From Salpingoeca rosetta (taxonomy: Eukaryota; Protista; Choanoflagellata), in contig JAWQFM010000010.1 in assembly GCA_033442325.1 (NCBI GenBank), positions 1,003,727 through 1,067,726 of the forward strand: a stretch of DNA of 64,000 nucleotides, read 5' to 3'. This document shows, in pieces, positions 45,130-59,266 of this stretch. The translations under genes were made by a program, and so were the position numbers. Positions within the stretch are counted from its first letter, which is position 1. Every line of letters starts with the position of its first letter. Under the pieces are notes generated by a model. It made no database searches. It was not told the origin of the DNA and worked only from the letters and a program-made list of their open reading frames with translations.

Positions 45130-48047
45130 ATGCGTGGATCATCATCTGCTGCCGTGTGTGCGCTGCTGCTGGCTGTCGTCGCCTCCCTGCAGGTGAGAGT
45201 GTATGTGTGTGCATGTGTGTGTGCATGTGTGTGTGCATGTGTGTGTGCATGTGTGTGTGTGCATGTGTGTGAGTGTGTGCATGTGTGTGTGCACATGTGT
45301 GCACATGTGTGTGCATGTGTGTGCATGTGTGTGCATGTGTAAGTGTGTGAGGGGATGGCTGCTTGTCCTTGAAGTACACACAGCGACAGCTCACGCAAGT
45401 GTACCACGCACGTATACTCACACATGGTGTGCGTAAAATAGGCGGCACCAAGCAGTGCGGCAACCTTGGCGTTTGTGAAGAGCCCAAGCTTCATCGATGT
45501 CAACACAAACGCACCCCTCCTTTCCCAATCACAAGTCGACGACGTGGTCAAGGCCTCGCTCGGCCTCAACACCGTAAGCTTGTGTACATGTGTGTGCATG
45601 CGTGCTTGTCTGCGTTTGCGTGCCTGTGCCTATGCTTGTGCGCTTGTGTGCTTGTGTGCCTGTGCCTATGCTTGTGCGCTTGTGTGCTTGTGTGTGCCTG
45701 CAGGTCTGAACCTTGTGATACCACATTCAACAACACTCAGCCCACGTGCTCACTCACGTGATCACTCACATGCTCACTCACGTGCTCATTCACGTGTACA
45801 CTCCCTTTCTGCCATTGCATCGCCAAAGGATACCGTGTGGGCTGGCGTGTCGCGCACAAGCCCCTTTGATGTTCCTTCCCGTACCCTGCACGTCACAGTG
45901 TCCGGCTGCGACCAAGGTTTGTTCAACAGTGCACATCCACACACCACACACCCGACACCAACATTGAGAAATGCGCACAACACGACTGCCCATCCGTTGT
46001 TGTTTGCCTTTGCTGACCCTGTCTTCCCTTCCACAACACAACTGCGGCTTTCATCAGAGTGCATCCCAGAGGCGAGCGAAGCCCTTTTCAACATCATGCC
46101 CCAGGTACACACCCAATCTGTTTTGTGTATCACTCGCTACACCGTGGCTGTCCATGTGCTGCGAGCTGTTCTGACCATGCCACGTTGGCCGCAGTTGTCG
46201 CAGACCTCAAGCGGGCGCGCTCTCATCCTCACAACAACAACAACTTAAACAACTTAAACAACTTAAACAACTTAAACAACAACAACTTAAACAACAACAA
46301 CAACAACACTCCTTTGCTCACCTTTTCCGGCTTTTTGTCTTCTGCGCATACACGTCTTACGCACAACAGGAGTATGCCACCTCCACCTCCTCAAAGCCGC
46401 TCGCCACACATGTGTCTGCCGCCTTTGGCGCCGACAGCCTCGTCACCCCTGCAACCACCCAGGTGTGGCTGCTTGTTTGTGTGCCTCTGCATCTGCGTGT
46501 CTGCCGGCACATGTCTGCCGATATTAATCGCGCACGTTGCTCACTCTCGTTGCATGTGACATGTGCGACACACATTCACGGCACAGCTGTCCGTCACTGA
46601 AGTGACAGAGATCCTCAACAACGTCCAAGGTTCGTCTAGAAAAAAGAAACAACCACCAGGCTGCCTCTGCTCCTCACTCTCACGTCAACACTCTTGCCTC
46701 ACCTTCACCTTTTGTTAACTCAATTCGTTGACGCCCTCATTCATGCTCCCCTCCTCCTCCTCCCCCTCCTCCTCCTGCTCCAGGGGTGCGTGTGTCTGAG
46801 ATGGCCATCATCGTTGGCGATGAGGAGCCCTTGGACGCGTCGTCCCCGCTCGCCTCCGCCCTTGCCAACATCATCACCGCCGCCAACACCGTCGTTGCAG
46901 CTCAGACAAACGTGAGACACGTGGCTCCTCCCCATATTGGCTTGCTGAATCCATCTGCCACAGCACGCCCTCACATACACACCTGTACACACACACACAC
47001 GCACGTACGCACGCATGTTCTTGTCCATCTCACTAATTTCGCACATCACCACTCACCTCCCCCGCCACCGCTACCCCTATTTGCCTGCTTTGTTATGCGT
47101 AGTCTCCACGCGTGATTGTGGAGACAATCGACATGAGCGCCATCCCTGCCGAATCCCAGTCTGCCGCCGCTGCCCTTGTTCGCGCCACCATCGCACACGC
47201 ATCAGCCCTCCTCGCCCAAGGTTCTTGCTCACGTCTCAGCACATGCACCCAGCAACACCACAACACACACACATACATACATACATACATACATACATAC
47301 ATACATACATACATACATACATACATACATACATACATACATACATACATACATACATACATACATACATACATACATACATACATACATACATACATAC
47401 ATACATACATACACACATGTCTTTCCCTTGCTTGCACCATAGCTTGGCTCACACCATACACCTATCGTCCCCTCACCTCTCCCCCACCCCTCGTCTCGTT
47501 CTCGTTCTTCCCAGACGGCAGCAGTGCCCTGACGACGATGGCGTGCAGCGCCAGCGGTGCGGATGTGTCCGCCCGCGTCATGCGCCGCTCCCTCAACGAC
47601 GTTGGCACCCTGCACACGGGCATTGTGCCCAACAACGCCAACCTCACCCCAAGCGACCCGGCCTGGGTTGAGCACTGCAAGGAGTACAAGTGCTTCTGCG
47701 CCACCGACGCTGACGGCAACCCGTGGGACCCCAAGACGCGGTGCAAGGCAGACTGCGACCCAGAGAAGGGCCCGTGCGATTGCGTGTATCTCGGGTGCGA
47801 CTGCAAGACTGGCGCCAACGTCATGAAGACACAGTCCAAGTGCATCAAGTGCAAGGAGGGCTTTGTTGTCATTGGCAACCACTGCTATCTGGAGTCGGAC
47901 ATGCCTGTGGCGGTGAACATCAACCTGTGGCTTGGCCTGCTGCTGCTTGCAACGCTGCTTCTCACGTGCTTCAGCCTCGGCAACATGGACCCGGGCTACG
48001 ACAGCATCATCTACCGCATGACCCAGCAGAGGATCAAGGCCCAATAA
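45130..48047 (+). CDS. ATP6AP2: V-ATPase accessory protein 2 / (pro)renin receptor homolog, ~9 exons
   Basis: Signal peptide MRGSSSAAVCALLLAVVASLQA; VKASLG....WAGVSRTSPFDVP resembles the ATP6AP2 N-domain; furin-like RVMRR; TM NINLWLGLLLLATLLLTCFSL followed by the diagnostic tail [21 protein letters not shown] (human [21 protein letters not shown]). Confidence 0.92.
47271..47412. repeat. Perfect (ACAT)n tetranucleotide microsatellite in the last ATP6AP2 intron
   Basis: About 35 consecutive ACAT units. Confidence 0.95.
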
Positions 48048-48375
48048 GCACATGCACACACACACACACACACATCCACAACACCAGAAGAGCTGTTTGT
48101 GTGCTTCGTACAAGAACACATGCACGATTTGGTTTTCTGTTTTGCTGTATTGATGCGCCTTTTGAGGCACACACACACACACACACATATTGTGGTGCAT
48201 CACCAGGCAACTCGTTCATAGTAGCTGTGCATGGGTGGTTCCGTTGTTGTCTGCTCTGCTGTCGATGTCATGCCCAAGTGATGTGACATGACAACGAGTC
48301 TTGTGTGTTTGTCCTTACCAGTAAAGTCCGCAACTCCACCAGCACCGCAGTGCACGCACACGCAAAAAAAGCGCG

Positions 48376-48471
<96 letters not shown>

Positions 48472-48486
48472 TACACACTGGCACTG

Positions 48487-49761
48487 CTATTGCCTGGCAT
48501 CACCACCGCGCGTGTCGGCGTTGTCTTCCGCGTGCGTCAGAAACGCTGGCATCGCTGCACCCCGCTGTGGCGTGACCAGCCCTCGCGACGCAAGATACTC
48601 CGGGCTGTAAAGCTTGGACATGCTGCGGTGGCCCTGGTCGCACAGGCACGTGACGATGGTGTGGCCGGGCCCCAGCCGCTGCGCCATGCGCACTGCCCCG
48701 ACACAGTTCATGGCCGATGACGAGCCGACGAAGATGCCGTCGTTGTCCAGCAGGAAGTATGCCATGTCAACCGCCTGCTGGTCTGTGCCCTTGAACGCGT
48801 CCGTGATGAAGGGCAGGCCCGCGTCGAAGTTGCGGGTGAGCCGGTCAATACCAATGCCCTCCGTGATGGTGTCGTAGCGGTTGCGCTGCAGCCGCGACTC
48901 GGCCTGCTCCACCGTGTACGTCACGCCGCTCACCACCTTCAGATACAGCGAGGACCCGGGCGGGTCCACGAGCGCCACTCGGATCTTCGGGTCCCGCTGC
49001 CGCAGGTACTGCGCAACGCCGCTGATGGTGCCGCCCGTCCCCGCCGCCATGACAAACGCGTCCAGCCTCCCGCGCGTCTGCTGCCACAGCTCTGCGCCCG
49101 TCGTGGCAAAGTGGGCGCGGGCGTTGGCGATGTTCTCAAACTGGTTGGCGTAGAAGCCCATGGGGTCCTCTTCAGCCATGCGCTTGGCCACGTTACAGAA
49201 GTGGTCGCGGTTGACGATGGAGACCGCCTTGACGCGCCGCACGTCCGCACCAAGCGTGCGCAGCATCACCTCCTTCTCCATGGCCATGTCATCTGGCATG
49301 ACAATCACGCAGCGGTACCCGCGCCCGCGCGCCAGCAGCGCCAGCGAGATGCCCGTGCTGCCGGCCGTGCCCTCATAGATGGTCCCGCCCGGTCGGAGGA
49401 GGCCGTCCCGCTCCGCCGCCAAGATGATGCCCAGCGCCACGCGGTCCTTGGACGACCCGCCAGGGTTGAGCATCTCGCACTTGGCCAGGATCCTGCAGCC
49501 CGTGATCCGCGAGAGCGACCGCAACTCGACCAGCGGCGTGTGGCCGATCAGGCCCTCCAGCCCAGTGCGCACTTGTGCCTCCCGTTCATCGTCGTCGTCT
49601 GGCTGCTCGCCTGCCTTCTTCGGGCCCTTCCTGCTGTTGTCCTCGCAACTGCCAAGACCGCTGGCGCGCGCAGCCTGCCACCGCATCACCACAACCGCCA
49701 CGCCCGCCGACACAACGGCGCTCGCGCACACCAGCCCCGCCACCACCCGCGCATCCAACAT
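48487..49761 (-). CDS. PLP-dependent cysteine synthase-family protein with N-terminal hydrophobic anchor (resembles the fungal cysteine synthase 2/Mcy1 type), intronless
   Basis: LIGHTPLVEL, LAKCEMLNPGGSSKDRVA (PLP lysine), EGTAGSTGISLA, ANQFEN.AN, AAGTGGTISG, TITEGIGIDRLTRNF, GIFVGSSSAMN, TIVTCLCDQGHR; 424-aa uninterrupted ORF. Confidence 0.92.
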   Translation of the reverse strand: MLDARVVAGLVCASAVVSAGVAVVVMRWQAARASGLGSCEDNSRKGPKKAGEQPDDDDEREAQVRTGLEGLIGHTPLVELRSLSRITGCRILAKCEMLNPGGSSKDRVALGIILAAERDGLLRPGGTIYEGTAGSTGISLALLARGRGYRCVIVMPDDMAMEKEVMLRTLGADVRRVKAVSIVNRDHFCNVAKRMAEEDPMGFYANQFENIANARAHFATTGAELWQQTRGRLDAFVMAAGTGGTISGVAQYLRQRDPKIRVALVDPPGSSLYLKVVSGVTYTVEQAESRLQRNRYDTITEGIGIDRLTRNFDAGLPFITDAFKGTDQQAVDMAYFLLDNDGIFVGSSSAMNCVGAVRMAQRLGPGHTIVTCLCDQGHRSMSKLYSPEYLASRGLVTPQRGAAMPAFLTHAEDNADTRGGDARQ

Positions 49762-50176
49762 TGTTGCTCTTGTGTGGTTGACTTTGTTGTTGTGGGTTGG
49801 ATGATGTGGTTGATGGTTGTTGGTTGGATATGAGGGCGCCTTGCTTGCTTGCTCGCTTGGCTTGTGACGATGAGCAGTTCAATGAAATGATGAATGAATG
49901 AAATAACAAACACGCGCACAGGCAAGCAAAAAGGAAGCAAACAACAGCGGAGCACACGCAAGGAGGATGGAGGTGCGGCACAGGGCAGGCAGGCAGGTAA
50001 GCAGGCAACAAGGAAAGACAGTAGTGCCCAAGCAGAATACACGGTGCCAAGTCAACAAGAACACGCTCGCGCTCACAAGACAGGAAGACAGGGAGAGACA
50101 GAGACAGAGACCAGAGACAGAAACGAGAGGCACGCAATCAATGACAGGGACACGCACACACACACACATGCTGCTA

Positions 50177-53405
<3,229 letters not shown>

Positions 53406-53743
53406 GATGCGCCGTGGAAAGCAGGAGAGGGGAGGGGAGACGCAGGGGGGAGAGAGCGTGGGGACAAGAGTCACACAAAGCACACAAGCACACGCTGAGG
53501 AAGATGGATTCAAGAGAGAGTGAGACAGACAGACACACACACGCAAGGGAGCAGAGGGGCGTTGTTTGTGTGTGTATCTGGTGTTGTGGTTTGGTGCCTG
53601 GTTGGAACAGTCCGCTTTGCTTTGCGCGTTTGTTTTTGTTTCCCTTTGTATCCACCCCAATGCGCACTTGCACACATTTTCCTCTCCCACGAAACATACA
53701 CCGTCTTCCAGCTGGCACTGGCTGGCTGGCGTGAGCAAGCTTC

Positions 53744-53801
<58 letters not shown>

Positions 53802-54316
53802 ATGTGTGTGTGTGTGTGCGTGTGTGTGTGACCTGGTTGACGTGCTTGTGTTTGCGAGTGTACTGGCTCGTTTTCAAACAACCGCAAGCAACGCCGTTAC
53901 AACATCACACCAACAGAAACCCCGCACGCAGCTGCACACAGTCTCAATCACAGGAGCAACAGACAAGCAACAACGACGACTACCAACAGCACACACAAAG
54001 AGGTGAAACAGCGACAAGCAGCAGTCAGGCAATATGCGAAACTTGACGGAAACCGCAAGCAGCGTGAACCACACCACAGGCAGTGCAGGCCAAGCGAAAA
54101 GCAGTGCACGAAGCATGTGCATCAATGGGCTCAAGTACAAAACAAAGCAGGAAAGGGGGGAAGCAAGAGAGAGTGTGTGAGAGTGAGAGTGAGAGAGTGA
54201 GAGTTAGTGTGTGTGTGAGAGAGAGAGAGAGAAGAGAAGAAAAGAGAGGAAAGGAAAAAGAGGAAGCGCAGGCGTGGTGAGGAGAGGGGGGCGCACCAGG
54301 ACCAAAAATCATTCAT

Positions 54317-54542
54317 TCACTTTGGCGCCTTCTTTGCAATGGCAAGCATCTCAAAGAAGGACATGCTGTCTGGATCCAGCTCCTTCTTAAGCTTGTCGGA
54401 CGTGTTTCCCTTGGCCACTTGCTTTGCCTGCGGGTCCACATTCCTCTCCACCTCACCGGCAGGCGCAGACCGCTGGTCGTCGATCCGTTTGCTCTGCAGC
54501 ACGTGAGAGTGAGGGGGTGGGGGTGAGTGAAAGTGTGAGTGA

Positions 54543-54637
<95 letters not shown>

Positions 54638-54652
54638 CATGGGCAAGTGAAA

Positions 54653-54703
<51 letters not shown>

Positions 54704-56184
54704 TATGTGTGTGTTCGGTCGTGTGTGAGGGAACGCCATGCACACTGACGACCACGTCGCACACGTGTGCATCGTGCAACAGTTACTAACACCCACAGCA
54801 CCACCAACACCACACCCCTGCTTCTCCCCACTACCGTGTCTCGCCACTAACACCCCCCGGAACCAACCTGCATGCCGACGACGAGGTCGAAAAAGTCCTC
54901 CTGCTCGCCAAAGTCGTTCCCGCCAACAGTTGACGGGAGGTCGCCAGCACCCGGCGGCGCAGCCCGCTGGTCTTCCATGTTGCGGTGGTTTGCATCCGCC
55001 TGGCGGTGGTGATGGTGGTGGTGATGGTGGTGAGGACACGATAGTTCGTGTGTGGGTTGAGGTAGAGCACAAAGACTGGCAACGTACAGCCACACATACA
55101 TACACACGCACACAAAACACACACAAAACACACAAAACACACACATTCACACACACACACACACACACAAACACACAAAACACACACATTCACAAAGACG
55201 CACGCATGCCCTGTGTGCCGCCTCTCACCAGCATGTCAAAGAGGTCCATGGGCATGTTGTCCTCAATGTCGGGCTGTGGCTTGGCAACAGATGCTGCCTC
55301 ACGCTCGTGCGGGTGCGGGTGCTGGTGCTTGGCTTGTTGCGTCTGCTTGATTGAGTTGTCCAGCCACTGGTCAGCGAGGTTGCCTTTCTTCGCTGCGCTC
55401 TTCGACGAGCGGGCGGCAACGCGAGAGGTGACAACATCATCATCATCGTCGTCGCTGTCGTCAATCGTAAACTGCTCCACTTCGCCCGTCTTGCCTCCGC
55501 CGCCTTTCTTGAACAGGCCCTTCTTCTTCTTCTTCTTGTCCTTCTCCTTCTTCAACCCAGCACCCTGGCGAGCGTGAATGTGTGTGAGTGTGCGTGAGTG
55601 CGCGTGAGTGTGCGTGAGGAGGGAAGCACAGACAAAGGAAACAGGTGTGTACGTGCGTGGTATTCCTCACTCAGACAAGCAAGGAATTTGCGTCAACGAC
55701 AAACTAAACGCCAGAAACGAAACGACACTTCCAAGACACACACACACGCGAACACACACCCACATACACACATGCAAAACCACGTACAGCACATTTGCAT
55801 GTGTGTGTGTCGGCACATCTCCAGCGGGTGCGCGTACCTGGTCGTGTGATGCAGGTGCCTGCTGGCCAGACGTACGGCCACGTACACGAAGCGGCTCTCC
55901 ACGGCGCTGGTGGTGGTGATGGTTGTGGTGATGGTGTTGCAGTGGTGGTGATGGAAGGAGAGGAGAGCGGTGAGTGCCTGGGAAAGAGAACGGACACTGT
56001 GATTAGGCACGCAGGCCATAAAGCGCGTTGTAAACAACACGCACACGCACACGCACACGCACACACACACATGCGCACGCCCACCTGCTTCTCTGCTTGA
56101 ATTTTGTCGTGGAATTCGCTTGTCTTTTGCACGTTCCCCATTGCCCGGTACACGTTGCGCAGATTGTGCCACGCACGATCTACA

Positions 56185-56244
<60 letters not shown>

Positions 56245-57298
56245 TGCGTGTATGTGTGTGTGTGTGTGAGTGAGTGAGTGCATGCGCGTGTGTGTGAATG
56301 TGATACATTGCGTCCCTGTCTGTGTGCGTGCACGAACATTGGTTCTGTCTGTCTTTGAGGGCCTCGGCGAGCTCCAAGTGCTTCTTGTGGTGCTCGAGCG
56401 CCTTCATGTAGTTTTTCTGCTGCATAAACGTCGTCCCAAGACAGAAGTGCGCCTGGCACGCGTGTGGCATCGGGTGTGCGTGTGTGTACATGCCTGTATG
56501 AGATGCACGAATACATCAATGGCATCAACGACAAACGCAGCAACGACAAACGCGGTGGTGACAACGACGATGATGGAATTACAGCAACAACGCAAGCAGC
56601 AAACGCACCTGTGCTTGGGCTGCCTGGTTTCCATCCTCTTTTGCAACGTGGAGGCTCTGCTGATAGTACCTGCGCACAACAACCAAACGTGTGTGTGTGT
56701 GTGTGCGTGTGGTGGGTAAGTACACGTATGAGTTTGTACGTACACGGATGCATGTGAACGTGGAAGCGAGTCACAACAACACTGTTACACTGCCTGCGAC
56801 GCAATGTCGAGCAGCAACCAACGCCAGTCACAACACACGCACACACACATACACCAGCACATACAACATGCAAGCATCATCATTACCTGATTGCCTCTGT
56901 GTATTCGCCAAGCGCAGAAAACGCGTTGCCGAGATTACCGCACGCGCGCGCTTTCGCAGCCTGATGGCGGTGTGGGTGCCGCAGGGCAAAGCACGTGTGC
57001 AGCGGGTGCATGAGGAATGACAAGCACACATCGCTCTGGGGGATGCAACAGACGCACACCAGATCGAGTTCACGCACACACAAGCACAGACGCACACTAC
57101 AGCAAGGCAACAGCTGCATGCAACAGCGCGCACATACACACACACACACACACAAACACACACACGCACGCACGAGGTCGTTTGCTTTGTTTGCAATGTC
57201 GAGGCGGCGGCGGTGGTAGTGGATCGCCTTTTCGAAATCGCCAATTGCCGTAAACGCATTGCCCAGGTTGCCCACAGCCCGGCCCTCCCCTTGATGTG

Positions 57299-57338
<40 letters not shown>

Positions 57339-57352
57339 TGTGTGTGTGTGTA

Positions 57353-57392
<40 letters not shown>

Positions 57393-58026
57393 CGTGCGTG
57401 CGAGTGTGTGTGTGTTTGTTTGTTTGTTTGTGTGTGTGCGAGTGTGTGTGTGTTTGTTTGTTGAATGTCGTGGGAGTTGTGTTTGTGAGTCGCGAGTAAT
57501 GTAAGTGTGTGTGAGTCGCGAGTAATGTAAGTGTGTGTGAGTCGCGAGTAATGTAAGTGTGTGTGAGTCGCGAGTAATGTAAGTGTGTGTGAGTCGCGAG
57601 TAATGTAAGTGTGTGTGAGTCGCGAGTAATGTAAGTGTGTGTGAGTCGCGAGTAATGTGAGTGTGTGTGAGTCGACACGGTCGATCAGTGTGCGAGGCAA
57701 CGTCGCGCACATCTGCAGACAGTTCGCAATGCGCATCAAGGCGGCCAACGGCAGCAGGGCAGCACACGACGCGTTGCTTCGGGTACGCACCGACTTCGTC
57801 CTTGAGCTCCTCTGTGATCTTCAGCGTGGCCTGGTAGTACTCAATCGCCTACAGGTGGTGGTCGCGGTGGGGAACAGGCGATCATCAGCCAACGGGAGAA
57901 AGGAGGCAGATGCGCACGCACAACTCAAACGACACACACGAACCCATGCACTTACGCACTCGTCCACGCCACACATACAACAAGACTTCCCGCACAGCCA
58001 CACACACACACACACATGCATGCATG

Positions 58027-58119
<93 letters not shown>

Positions 58120-58478
58120 GCGGAGAGCAAGCCAAAGCTTCGCGCGAAGCCACAGGAGAAACGCCCGAGCTGCACCTGAGCACGTCATTGTCGTCCGTTC
58201 CAACACGCAGGCCGGCCTCGAAGAACTCGACCCCTCGCCAAGCCGGTCCCCAACTTCCCGCGTAATCTCAAGATGCGCCTCGCAGCACCAGCACAGAGCG
58301 TGCACCCGGCCACACGCACACATACACAAAGATGCGAACACAAAGATGTTCACACACAAACACATACACACACAAACACATGCACAAATACACACGCACA
58401 AACACATACACGCACACAAACACACACACACACAAACACTCGTACCTCGATGGAGAGCTGCATACATGTGGCCTCCAT
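54317..58478 (-). CDS. GPSM2: G-protein signalling modulator (LGN/AGS3/Pins): TPR repeats plus GoLoco motifs; 5' part disrupted as assembled
   Basis: Exon 1 [11 protein letters not shown] (LGN MEASCLELALE), [19 protein letters not shown], TPRs [26 protein letters not shown] and [20 protein letters not shown], GoLoco motifs [18 protein letters not shown] and [19 protein letters not shown]; stop at 54317. Confidence 0.88.
57485..57674. repeat. Intronic minisatellite: 26-bp unit GTGAGTCGCGAGTAATGTAAGTGTGT x7 plus a partial copy
   Basis: Near-identical head-to-tail copies every 26 nt from 57485, no spacers. Confidence 0.93.
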
Positions 58479-59266
58479 GGTGATGGTCAAAAGCAATCAG
58501 CCCCGAAGACGCAACACAGCCGTCGGTCAAAGGAGCTCAACAGGGTTTGGCTTCGCACGACTACAACCCTGCTCATGCGATGGTCAAGCAAGCAATCAAG
58601 CAAGAAAATGTCACAGAATGCACACAATATGCACAGTCATCAGCAGAATGGATTGGGGTTGTGATGTCGTGTGATTTGATGTGACATGAAAACAAAACCC
58701 CGTAAGCAGCAACACCATCAGCAGCAACGCGAGGCAAAAACAAGACACCAAAAAGCGAGAAGTTGCGACAAACCGTCACAGCAACTGGCGCTTTGAGGCA
58801 CCCCCTGCACACCACACCACACCACACCACACCACACACATACACACGACTCCCACAAACACACATACATGCATTCGCATACACACGACTCACGACTCAC
58901 ACCACACCTCGCCACACCACATCAGCCTTCCCGCACCTGTGGTTTCGGAGGTTTTCGTCGTCGTTGTTCGCCTCAACAACAGACAAACAGCAACGGAAGC
59001 GAGCTGAATTGCTGGATTTCGCATCGAATCGCAATCACAATATGAAATGCTCGTGTGCGGTTTACGTTTTGAGTTTTGGCTGCTGTTGTGTTGTGTCCGA
59101 CCAACCACCACGACCATCGACCATAATTTCACACAAAGCACACAGTCAGCCCCAACACCCAAACAAAGCAAAGACTCATCATTCTCATAAAACCATATCC
59201 GCAGCCACACATCCACTCCCACACACACACAAACACACACACACACACACAAAAACACACACAGCC

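Noticed and set aside
57485-57674. Regularly spaced 26-bp repeat resembling a CRISPR array
   Set aside because: No unique spacers, no cas genes, located in a eukaryotic intron.
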